From the NCBI RefSeq assembly GCF_004010195.1, contig NC_057753.1, forward strand, positions 1,943,243-2,007,242: 64,000 nt of DNA, given 5' to 3'. The position numbers and the translations under genes are program-made. The notes beneath the pieces were generated by a model that was not told the origin of the DNA, did not search any database, and worked only from the letters and a program-made list of their open reading frames with translations. Below are positions 1 to 11,889 of the stretch, piece after piece; position 1 is the first letter of the stretch; the number at the start of each line of letters is the position of its first letter. The DNA comes from Chiloscyllium plagiosum. Its lineage: Eukaryota.

Positions 1-974
1 AAATGTTCAAGTTGTGAAAACAACAGGAACAGTCAAGACACAAAGAATGTGTCTATATCGTGGTGAATTGAAACCTTCAATGCAGAGAAAATCATAGAAG
101 AGCGAAAACAGAAAACACCTTTTACAAGGGGGGGGGGGGGGGTGAGCATATAGGTACGCTGTTTAACTCTGGTCCAGTTATAGATAGATCAATGTTATAC
201 CCCTGCCTCTCTCACCTCTCTATGTGCTTCCACTCTTTGCAAGTGCTAACATGGTTTCCTTCCCTGAAGGACATCAGTGAACAAGTTTGTTTTATAATGA
301 CAACCTAGCAGCTTTAATTGTCAGTTTGTTCCTTTCAATGTCAGCTCCACAGATTACAACACTCATTACCTCGCTCTCACACCAGTTTGTGCTTTAGTCG
401 ATTCTCTGAAATTGATTTTTTTGCTTCTGAGTTAAATCAGGTTCACTGGAAATTAGAGGGGGTGACTTGCAGTCAGGAAACTCGATGGAAATATTATGGC
501 ACAGCAGCATCACTGTCATACTCTCTGTTTTTGCAGGAAAAAGTTGGATTGAATTTAATGGAGCAGCGTAGAGCCAGCATGGCGTGCAAACTAAGTGTTG
601 TATTGAGGGACAGTGGAATCCACTTTCATGACGTTGAGAATTATGGAAATTGTCAAAATGCCCAAGTTTATAAAATCCTCATATTCCAGATCATCATAAT
701 ATTTTGAAGTGAAATTAATTACATGATTGAAGTGGGAAACCAGACATTATCTCAGTTTTAACCACGTTGTCCGATTTGAATCGCATTTCCCCCCTCTTAA
801 TTTCATCTGTTTCAAGTGCTGGTATATCTCCAGGGACTGTTGATCACAACACAGAAGTTTAAACAGGAGATTTCAAGAGCACAGCCTATTCAAGATTACT
901 TGTGAATTAACATAAAAATAATAATCTATCATTTTGAATACAAATTGCATTGTACTATGATTTAAATGTGATCA

Positions 975-3034
975 CTATTTTGAAAATTTACACACTAATA
1001 TCAGGGGAAATTTTACCAAATTCTTTAACTGTTCTCTGAATTTACTTTGGGTCCCTGCATAAATAAATGGGTTGACGCAGGAACTCAAAAGCTGAAGCAT
1101 GAACCCACCCTCGTCGAGAATAAAATTTGAATCATTGTAATTTGAACCTGAGAAATAACTGATTTTTGCAAATTGTACATAAAGGAAATTCAGGAAAAAC
1201 AACAAATATGACAGGAGGAAACTGCCCGAGATGGCAAAGAGTAATGCAATGGACTTCTGCCGTTTTGTCATCTCTGGGTCGCTGTGATTTTCCCCGTTGC
1301 TACTGATCCGGAGTCTCTTTCGGATTCTACTGGCCGATAGGACATGCCTGACAATGAGTGCATTGAACAACAAAATCAGAATGAATGGAAAACAAGGATT
1401 TAGAATTGCTATGATCCACTCAAATGCAACCCAATAGGGTGACGTATAATATATTGATTTGACGCTGCAATACCAAGGTACATTGTTAATTATAAAGTTT
1501 GGCTCATAGGCAAAGTACAAGGGAACGTTACTGATAAAGCTCAGAACGCAGGTAGTTGCTATAACCACAGATGCTACTCTCTCAGTACAATATTTCATTT
1601 TCAGTTTCTGGCAACAAATGGCAACGAATCGATCAAAGGTGAAAGTGACAGTTACCCAGACAGAAGAATCTCTGACTCCATAACATATCACAAGACTGGA
1701 ACTAAAGACCGGGGTGATGAACAGGAATGTCATTGGGAAATAAATACCCACAATCCGGTTTAATACGACAGCTGTGATAATGACCAGTAGATCCGTTACC
1801 GCCATGGAAATCAGGTAATATGCAATGCATTTGGATAGACCGCATCTCTCTCGTGACAGGATAGCAATTACTGAAAGGTTAGCTATGAGAAAGAGATATA
1901 ATGAGTGAAAACATCATATTGATAAATGTAGATAAAGCCAAAGAGAGGCACAAATTGTCATTTGGAAAAGCTCAACTTCTGGAAGCAATTGCAAAGACAG
2001 AACAGAGTCCCCATTTTGTACTAGAAAACTTTCTCTTCAACTGTAGAAAAAATCTGCAATTAACAGTGAGCCCTGAGTAGTATACAACAGTGGCATCAGG
2101 GATGCCTTGTAATTTTGACGTTATTTTTTACCGTTTAGGGGCAGGAATTTCATTCCATTCTGTTCTTGGGAAATTTGTACACGGGAACAAAAGCCAAAGT
2201 GTTCCTAAACATTGGTATATTGAAGAAGCAGTCATATTACCATTGGGGGTGGCACGGTGGCTCAGCGGCTCAGCACTGCTGCCTCGCAGCAGCAGAGTCC
2301 AAGGTGTGATTCCAGCCTTGAGTGACTGTCTGTGGGGAGTTTGCACATTCGCCCTGTGTCTGCGTGGGTTTCCTGCGGTGTTCTTGTTTCCTCCCACAGT
2401 CAAAAAGATGTGCAGGTCAGGTGGATTGGCCACGTTAAATTGCCCACAGTGTGAGGTGTGTTAGTCAGAGGGAAATGGGTCTGGGTGGGTTACTCTTCAG
2501 AGGGTCGGTGTGGACTTGTTGGGCGGAAGGACCTGTTTCCACACTGTCGAGGACCTAAAGATCTAATCTAAAATTATATCGACGAAGGAAATCACCATAA
2601 AGGAACAGAGGAGAGTGATTGTAAAGAAACTGGGATGAAGTGAGGAGTACAGAGTCAGAGTTGAGAAGTTTTTTGAAGAAGTGACAAAGAGAATCGATGA
2701 GGGAAGAGTATTGGACGTGTTCCGTGCAGGAATTTAACCTAAATCCTGCTGTCCAAACAACTCATCTGACTGACTCACTGGAAATTGCATGTCCCAAAAG
2801 ACAATCCCATTGAATTTGGCCAAGTTGCCAGACTGAATGGAAAATGACTGTGAATTCTCTATGACTTCAGTATTGATAACTCAGACAACGGGTAAACTGA
2901 GCTAAAAAAATTAAAGAGGATATCAAAACTCATCCCTATTTCATAACTAACTAAATTCCTTTACCTGGAATCCCAATAATTGCTACGATTGGATAGTAAA
3001 TCTTGAACAGGAGCCCTTCTGGAAATCCATGCAT
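975..3034 (-). CDS. Two-exon class A GPCR, GPR139/GPR142-like (copy 1, intact, 325 aa); exon 1 = 3034-2965, exon 2 = 1882-975
   Basis: Exon 1 reads MHGFPEGLLFKIYYPIVAIIGIP plus 1 nt, then a GTAA donor at 2964. A pyrimidine tract and AG acceptor at 1884-1883 give A-NLSVIAILSRERCGLSKCIAYYLIS, in frame with ORF 975..1805 (70+908=978 nt). Motifs: GIPAN (TM1), MAVTDL (TM2), SVWVTVTFTFDRFVAIC (TM3), ILLFN (TM5), KSIALLFAISGSF (TM6), NPFIY and SKFREQL (TM7/helix 8). The pattern resembles GPR139/142; orthology is not established. Confidence 0.9.
2245..2571 (+). mobile_element. tRNA-derived V-SINE (elasmobranch HE1-like) in the intron of copy 1
   Basis: tRNA-like head GGCACGGTGGCTCAG with a B-box-like segment, core gagtttgcacattc...tgcgtgggtttcct...ctcccacagtc, and an atctaatcta tail. 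Confidence 0.85.
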
Positions 3035-3101
3035 TTTTGTCTTAAGTTGCGTTTGCGTTTGGGAAGACAATGAAGGATAACTGCATTTGTACCTGACGCC
3101 A

Positions 3102-3157
3102 GGCTCCAGGGACAGCATGAAGAGCATTGGGATTTTCCAAACGTTATTCTAATTGAA
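3102..3157 (-). promoter_or_regulatory. Conserved upstream motif pair of copy 1: O/E(EBF)-like TCCCTGGAG and homeodomain TAATTG
   Basis: The 13-mer ggctccagggaca (3102-3114) and 8-mer taattgaa (3150-3157) are identical in copy 2 at the same spacing. The 35-nt spacer matches at only 19/35 positions. Factor assignment is inference. Confidence 0.35.
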
Positions 3158-3776
3158 AAGGAAATCAGATAAGAGATTATTTTTCCCTGCTTGTCTTCAA
3201 TGTTGATGGAATTGAATTTAATTCATTGATACTGGCACTGTTTCAAAGTGAAGTATGGCTGATTAAGGTGTTTTGTTTTTTTAAAAAAAGATGAAATCTG
3301 AAACAGCCAATGCAAACATGGATAACGATTTTTTACATGTATTATTCTTGTCTATGAAAAAGATATCTTTGACCTGACCTGTTCTATTTTATGGGAACAT
3401 GCAACCATGTTTCCTCTTCTGGTCATTATTCAGTCTGGGTGATTAGTGATTCGGGCCAGTCCCTCTGAAACTATGTAACCACTATAAAACAACGATCTGT
3501 AAATGAATTGTGCGAATGTCCATTATATTTCCTTTTGCAGATCCAGGGCAGGTTAATTTTTACGATTACGTCCAGTGACGTTTGGACCACATGGGTACTG
3601 TTGCAATATATTGTGCCAGTCAATTGCAAGTTGGTCGTACTCAAATACATCATGCATTAGTCCAATTCAACTGTTTTATCAGAATTGATATTTGCTATTT
3701 TCTGCCTCTGCATTTAGACTGAAGAAACCCTGTTCAATGTGAATACATTCAGTATAGTATGATCCAGGGCATACTG

Positions 3777-3934
3777 CAGTACAACCTTTGTTACCAAACA
3801 TCGATCATCCAACTTTCAGATTATTTGAACAAGATCTCAAAGTTTGATGCATGGGTAAACTGTGGTATCTGCACATTCTATTAGCCGAGGGAAATACTCC
3901 CCAACCATGTTGTTAGAATAATAGTGTTGCCCTG
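3777..3934. mobile_element. ~158-bp MITE (Tc1/mariner-pogo/Tigger type)
   Basis: Imperfect TIRs (cagtacaacctttgttaccaaac ... gttagaataatagtgttgccctg) flanked by TG and TA. The paralogous sites at ~15705 and ~49305 are empty and carry a single TA. Confidence 0.6.
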
Positions 3935-4910
3935 TATTGCATTTTTTCTGTGCATGACCATGTCAGTGTGGTGGTCTTCACTGGGGAACTTGCGTGGGAA
4001 AGGACGTGGGTAAATCCATTCATTGAACAGACGGGTACTGGTCCAGTTTCACAAGGTTAAATTAAATGTAGACAGATGCATTCAGAACTCAAAATGATTG
4101 CAAAAGGATGGATCCATGTCCTTGTCAGGATACGTTTAGTCAGTGCAGAAACGTGCAGAGAGAATCGAATTAACAACTGTCCACTTGAATTTGGCTATTA
4201 ATACACTGAAAGCACGCAGTTGTGATTATTCCATTCTGTGTTGAAAATTCCCATTCTGTTGAGTTCAGCACAGTTACACTCAGAGTAGCCATGATGTAAA
4301 AGCGCCAGTGTTGCTGTTATGGACAAATGTAGAGTTATGTACCTTCAGGTTTATTTGAAATCACAAGTTTTCGAAGCGCTTCACCTTCATCAGACTATAA
4401 GCTGTTGTCGTGTGACTTCTAATATACAATGCACTTAGGATCAACTGAGGATACTTACCAACATCTTGCCAAATCCAAGTTAACAGCTTGACCTTCGGCT
4501 TTTGATCAAAACTGTAACACGCTAAGGAGCAGGTGAGGACATTCAGTTTGGAGTGACGAGGTGGATTCCGGAAATAAAGCAATGGTTATATTTGCTGCTT
4601 TTTCAAGATATCCTCGTAAGGGAAGTTTTTCTTTAAATGTGCGTGCCTGAAATTTCCTTGGACAAGATCAGAGTAGAGAGCCTGGCAAAGACTGAAATAA
4701 ATAATATTCTATACAGAAATCGAGTGATTGTTCCACTATTCAATGAGAGCATGGCTGAGCTAACAATCCTCAACTCAAACTTTCTGACTTTCACCTACAA
4801 GCCTCGACTCTCTTACTTATTAAAATTCTGTCTATATCAATCCTAAATATTTTCCGTTACATAGCTTCTAGACCTCTCTGTGGGAATTAATTCCATAAAG
4901 TCACGACCCT

Positions 4911-5209
4911 AGGCAGCACGGTGGTTCAGTGGCTACCACTGCTGTCTCACAGCACCAGGGTCCCAGGTTCAATTCTAACCTAGAGCGACTGTCTGTGTAG
5001 AGTTTGCACATTCTCCCCGTGTCTGTATGGGTTTCCTCCCACAGTCCAAAGATGTGTAGTTCAGGTGAATTGACCATGTTAAACTGCCCATAATGTTAGC
5101 TGCATTAGTCAGAGGGAAATGGATCTGGGTGGGTTATTCTCTGGAGAGTCGGTGTGGACTTGTTGGGCCGAATGGCCTTTTTCCACACTGTAGAGAATCT
5201 AACCTAACC
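4911..5209 (+). mobile_element. V-SINE (HE1-like)
   Basis: Head ggcagcacggtggttcagtgg...ggttcaattc, V core, and aatctaacctaacc tail. The paralogous site at ~16595 is empty. Confidence 0.85.
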
Positions 5210-8200
5210 TTCTGACAAGAAATTCTTACTTGTTTCTGTCTTAAATGTGCAACCTCTTAATCTGACATTTTACGTTGTCACCCGAGACATGCCCATAAAC
5301 TGAAACAACCCCTCAGCATCTACCTCATCAAGCTTTCTACGAAGAATATATGTTTCAGTAAGGTCGTCCTCTCATTCTCCTAAACTTCAATGTTTACAAT
5401 CCAACCTACTTGGATTACCCTGCTCATGAGAAAATCCCTCCACGCCTGAGAACAGTAAATCTTCTTTGGACTGCCTCGAATGCCATTATTTGTTAACTTA
5501 GCTCAGCGTACCTTAACCTATAATGTAATTCTCAGTTCGGTTGCAGTCGTACCTTTTGTAGGTTTTACAAGACTTCCCTACTTCTGTATTCAATTCACTC
5601 AGTCAAGGGTTAATATTCCAGTTACCTTCCTGATTATCTCCTGGAGGTGCATGCTAGCTTTCTTTCAGCGATTTATGCATGATCTCTCCAAAATGCGTTT
5701 GCACGTAGTCTTTTTAGATAACAGCAGCTCATTCTTTTTTTGCAAAATTTATGTTCCAATTTAGATTCCATTTACGAAATTTCTGACAGTCATGTAACCC
5801 TTATGCATTTCTCTGCAGACGTTTTGGGAGATCCTCACCATTTGTCTTCCTCCCTCCCTTTCTGATACCAGACTTATTTGCCTTATTGATATCGTAGATA
5901 TGTACTGTAATTAATTATACTCCCAGTACTATCCCCATAGTACTCCACTAACTTCAGATTCCCATCTGGAAAATGTCTATCCTACCCTCAATTCTGTTCT
6001 CTATTAAGTAGCAAGTTCTCCTTCCATGCCAACGACTTACCCATCTTAGGCTTTTATCAGCAACTTATGAGCAGGACCTTATCAAACACCTTTTGTAAAT
6101 TTATGCATATTAATATATTGGTACAAGTTTATGTTCCTGCTTGTTACCTTCTCAAAGAATTATAATATACTTTTTCCACCATCGTTCCCATTTGTATGAA
6201 GACATGTTGAATCAACTTGATTCGAGGATGTTTTTCTCAATATTCTCTAATTGCATCATTTATAATAGACTCCAATATTTTTCGAGTGACAGATTTTAAG
6301 ATAACTGATAATTTTTGTCAGTTCTTTTTTAACCAGTAGTTTGGACATTTCCACCAATTAAGAATTATTGGAATGTTATTGCCATGTATCCTCAGTCTAT
6401 TTAGTTGTATCCTTTGATATCGTTAAACACAAGATTCAGGCAATATATTGGCTTCTGGCTCCAGCAACGTCCCTAATGATTTTTCTCGAGCGACAGTGGT
6501 TGCATTACCTCATCTCCGACCATTTTCTGTTGAATATATAGTACGTTATGAAGGCGGTCAGTGGTTACTTTCATGCATGGGCTACTTCGGGCACCTACCA
6601 TACCTCACTCCACACCCCTCGCTTCATCCCAGGCGTCTTCTTGAGATTTTCTTTATGGCTACTTCATTCACCAAACCAATATCGATCCATAAATAATTCC
6701 TTTTCTTTCTGACTGTACTTAGAATAGCAACAGAAACTCATGCCTTGCTGGAAGTTGCGCTGGGACATCGTGGTGAAAGCGTCGAACTTTAACATGAGAG
6801 CATCAAATAAACTGTCTGAATACATAGATAGTTGGCCTATTAATGCTAATTCTAAACCGCAGACAAATCTCAACTGCACTCCGGGTATTACTCACCATCT
6901 CTTTTGTTCCCTTTGCAGTATGACTCCTGACTTTAAGTACTCAGAAAATTGGTGTAAGTACTCATCAGAAATGCATGGAGAGATAAGTAGAGTTATGGTT
7001 TAGCTCGGTGACATGTGTCGCTAACCTGAGAGGTAGCAGCTATTAATGAATATGGTAGAGCAGATAATGGGAATTTAAAATAATATAATCTAGTTGTGAC
7101 GCAGGTAGACAAATTACTTTGGGCAGAGCTTTTGAGGAAATGCTAAGGACGATAAGGACAATGGAAGTTCAAATTAGTTCCTGTAAAAATTTCTTAATCT
7201 TGGCTGTGAAGAAAAAATAGAACATTAAAGACTGACAATTATTGTGAGATGAGGGTTTGAAGATTTGCAGAGTCAACCCAGGATCCAAAGATAATTTTGT
7301 TTCATATAATTTAAAAAAAAATTGTGGGGAGTATAAGTGGGCTATGCGAATACGTTTGTGATAGGTCTCATGTACTCCGTGTCTCAACCTTGCCATCACC
7401 TCGTTTCAAAATCTTCTTCAATTTTAAAACTTTGTTGTCAGAACTGGAGAGACCGATGTTAAAAAGCAGTCAGCAGATTAGGAAGAAAGAAATTCCAAGG
7501 ACTAGAATTGGCAAAAGTCAGACAAGAAGTGAAAAGTTTGCGAGAATAATAATAATTTACTTGGGTTGAATATCTGGAAAGGCTTTATTTGGACATAATT
7601 TGAACGGTGTTTGCATATTATTATAATAACTATTAACTATGTATGTAAAACTCTATATTGGTGCCTTTCGTTTGTCGATGTTCTACAAACTTGCATAGTT
7701 TCTTTTCAGAAATTCAGAATCAAGTATTTCTGATGTTGGACAATTCTATCTAATTTCAAAAAAAATTCTTCCCTCAAAAAAGCCCCCGATTCTCCACAAT
7801 CTCTTCTTAACACAAATCAATCATCACCAGAATCATTTTGGTAAACAATTTCTGCACATTGTGTCACGTTTTCACATTGTTATGAAGTGGTATTACTGAT
7901 TGATTAAAGGTCCAGTAAACCTTGCGTTGCATTTATGGTCCAAACAAACACTTGCACATAAAGTTATAGATCTTGTAAATGCGTCCTGCCACCTTTATGC
8001 ATTTTAACAAGCATGATCCTTGGTGTTACAGCGTTATGGAGTGTTCAACTTTCCGCTGCGCCACTCTGCTGCATTCAAAATAGTCATTTCTGCAGGTTAG
8101 TGTTTATCACTCCAGTTATCCAGAGTAGACTGAGGGACACAATCAGCCAAGCTATCGGGTTTCATCAGAATAGACAAAGAAAGTTGCTGAGCAATCCAAC

Positions 8201-9284
8201 GAGATGCTGAGATGGCGAGGTTAATCAATTATGTGGTAAAACATCTTGCTGATGAATACGTGATGCTCACAACTCAGTCCCGCCTTTCATTCCATGAGCA
8301 TTTGAATTTGGACCAACAACACAGAATGGACATTTGCAGTTTATTCTTGTTTCTAACCAAGGATATAAGAATGGTTGCTTGACATATTTCCTTCACTGAA
8401 CCAAGTTGCCTGCAAACCTTGATGTACTGAAAGTAGCACAGTCCATTAGACATCTTTATACGACAGGATTAGTGTGTGTGGCATATGGAGGGTATGAGTT
8501 CAATTTCGACTAATAACAGCTTTTATTAATATGGATCAGCAACTAGTGGAATATCAATAATATTCCAAAATAATGAAAAATCTTGCAAAATAACATTCTT
8601 AATTTGGTGAGACCAATTTATGTGCATAGATGAGAGAATTGTCCCGAGGGAATATCACAAGGATCCTGTCCTCGTTAAATTGCGTAAAAGACGATTTACC
8701 TCCGTTCATATTTTCAATTTGCTGCAAAACCTCAACGGACATTTAAATGTCTAAACATAAAAAATTTAACTGATATAAAAAATATGAACATAAGTTGCAA
8801 ATAGAACAGAAATCTTGCAAGACTAGCAGCAAGACTTGTTACATTATTTTCAATATAGATTGGTGCGAACTGAATTATTTTCCGATGAAAATAATAGGAG
8901 ATTGCATGTATAGGGCAAACAACAATGGGTTCTCACAGCACGGGCACACAGAACGTAGAAACATAGCTTTCAGAAAAAAAAACAAACTTATGTTTTGGAG
9001 GTTAAATCAAATCGGATTCAAGTGAAAATCTATGCTGTTACATTCCTCTGATACTAGACAGTATTAAAATATATTGCTGCTCTGTTGACTGTTTGAGTTG
9101 TCGTTTTGACACCGATGTTTCACTTTTACTACCAGAACTGCAAGTTTATATCATTCAGAAATGATGAGTTAGACCTGAGGCCGTTGTCTTGAGAACAGAA
9201 GAGCAGACATTTGACTGACGAAATCCTGTCGAGTCCGACACATTTTTACAAAACCAATAATTGGGAGGATAAAAACTGGAAGAA

Positions 9285-9495
9285 TTCCAGATGCTGTAAA
9301 TGAGGAACAAACACAGAAATTGCTGGAAGAGCTCAGCTGGTCTAGCAACATCTGTGCAGCGAAATCAGAGTGAATGTTTTGAGTTGATGTTCAGTTCTGT
9401 GGAATGGTCACTCTGTCCAAAACGTTAACTCTGATTTCTCTCCACAGATGCTGCCACACCTCTTAAGTTACTCCAGCAATTTTTGTTTTGTCTCA
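9285..9495. mobile_element. Degenerate palindromic PLE-derived repeat (inverted pLTR arms)
   Basis: acagaaattgctggaagagctcagc...atctgtg...aaatcagag is inverted against ctctgatttc...cacagatg...ctccagcaatttttgtt. A decayed hammerhead-like core lies at ~9397-9428. Confidence 0.55.
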
Positions 9496-10207
9496 TTACT
9501 TGGTAGATACTTTGAAGTCATAGTATCGATATCAGGTAGGTTAAGAGGTATGAGACCAGATCCCTGATATCATAAACACCCTGATTTTGCCCTTACATCC
9601 AATATTATTTTGGAAAATAATATTCAAATCCAAAGTATTTTTAGGACGAAGAACGTGGTTAATTGCAAGACTTTTTTTTTTTCTAAATTCTATTCCAATG
9701 CATTCCTCACAGTGTATTGTTTTTTTCCAAATCATTGGTTTCGTGATTTGGCTGTAATCCATCTGAACCAAAGAGGATCGCTGGTGCACAGTGCAATGAG
9801 TCCAATGAAGTACTGTAGATAGTGCCGACACAGACCCTAATATTCCAGAACTTTTACTGTCAACACTTGGTACATACGAATTCGGATTTTAGAATTGTTC
9901 GTTTATCGCTGGTTAGAGATTCAAGGTGACTACCTGCATATTTGCTGAGAGTTCCACTTAATCTGCCTCATTTTTAATTTGAGCTATGGTTTCTTCCTTC
10001 CTGTTATACTTATTGTCTTTCCTCCTACCTTCTGCTTACCCTAATGCACAGAATGGAATATACGTTTCTCATTTCTGTATTACAAGTCATTGATATATTT
10101 CATAACAAGACATACTTCCTCAAAGAGGAGAGCACAATAGAAGGAAATTTATCGCGGTTGCTGCTATCCATTAATGCATTTTAAATAGTCGCATATACAT
10201 ATTAATT

Positions 10208-11010
10208 TAGTCATAGCATCATTCAACATGGCAACAGCCCTTTGGTCAAAACAGTCCTTGCAAAGTATAATGCTGAAATTAAACTAGATGCACCTACCCA
10301 CGCTTGCCCCATATCCTTCAAACATTCTTTATTCAGGTCCTCAGCTAAATGCCTTTTTAAAAAATGTAACTATTTACTACTTCTTTTGGAAGTTCATTCC
10401 ATACACAAACCACTCACTGTGTAAAGAAAAAATGCCTTGTTTTATTTTTAAATCTTTCTCCTGTCAACTTAAAATACGTAACCTAGTTTTGCATTCCCCT
10501 ACTCAAGGGAAAGAACACCTGCTATTCACCGTATTTTTGAAACCCTTCAACGTGTTCAGCTCAGTAAAAAAAAGGCCCAGTGTATCCAACGTCTCCTTAT
10601 AAACCCTCCATTCCCAGCAACATCCTGACAATCTCTTCTGAATCCTACCCAGTTTATTTAAAAAACGTTCTTCAATATGGAGACCAGAACAGGAGACAGT
10701 GCTCCAGAAAATACCTCACCAACGGCCTGTACATAATCAAGATAATGTCCCAACTCTTATACTCAAAGGTCTGAGCAATGAAGGCAAGTGTGTTGAATGC
10801 CTGTTTGGCCCCTTTCCTCATCTAAAAGTTATACAAAGTTAAAAGAAATACGTATCTGAATTCCTAGTTCTCTCTGTTCTACAACACTTCCCGACACCCT
10901 GCTTCTAATTGTATAAGTCTTGCCTTCTTTTGTTTTATCAAACTGCAATACCTCATATTTATCACAATTCAACTCCATCTGCGACTCTTCAGCTCAACGC
11001 ACAAATTTGA
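10208..11010 (-). mobile_element. Old CR1 LINE 3' fragment, shared with the paralogous position 58956-59425
   Basis: CR1 3' UTR and ORF2 C-terminal sequence (gaccagaac...acagtgctcca) on the minus strand. Confidence 0.7.
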
Positions 11011-11889
11011 CGAGAATGGTGAAAATAATATCCATCTGAAATGTAATTCCATTTTGTCAGTTGTCGCCCTTTAGAAAGCAGAGTGAAGTATTATTGTGGG
11101 GTTATGTAATAAAATATCTAGGAAATCGTTACGGCAGAGAAATACTTTCTGAATCACTGTTATAAGGAAAACCTACAACAGAGTTCTGAACAGGTAAAAT
11201 CATGTCATTGTCACGTGTATTAGTTCCACCACCAAAGAAAAATTTGGAAACACCAACATTGAGAAATAACGAGGATCTCAGAAACTGGCGTCAGCAGTTT
11301 AACAGTCAAAGCCTCATTCGTTTTCCGGAATAGTCAATACCAAGACACTAGATGAAAACATTCTCACTGATCCAGAAATATTGCAGAACCAACAATTCAA
11401 GATTTTTCTCTTGGTTTACGATTATTTGGTGAAAAGAAGTTTTCAATTATTATATAGAAAACAACATCGATTCGACACAGGAATAATAATGCCCATTTAT
11501 ATAGAAAAATAAAGAACCACTTCTATCTACTGGTCATGCAGTTCATTAAAATTTAACGAAGATTCCATATCTATCATATAAGGTTGCTTCTCTTTACTAC
11601 AGTTTTATGGACAGTATGGGATTCAATTCTCTTATTGCGAGTCAGCGTGACCATTGCACGAGGTGCTTTTCCTTCCAATCTGTCAGATCTGACATCACAC
11701 ACGGAAGGAATTGCCAGCATATTCGTTTCATCATTAGCAGAAGAGCGCATAATTGCTTGTTCTGTAAAACCCAGTAGTATTCATGCCTTATTTAAAGACA
11801 TATTATTTCGTTCGCATTCTGCTTGAACTAAAATAAAAGCCTTTTCTTCTGCATGACCACCAGATCGATGATCTAAACAGAGTCAAATA

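Noticed and set aside
318..707. 129-aa plus-strand ORF
   Set aside because: It lies in the duplicated downstream flank, and no equivalent ORF is listed for the paralogous flanks.
975..1805. 276-aa ORF as the complete protein
   Set aside because: It starts in TM2; the real start is in exon 1 at 3034.
2245..2320. tRNA-like sequences (also 4911, 25948, 40961, 53462)
   Set aside because: They are SINE heads fused to the V core and tail, not tRNA genes.
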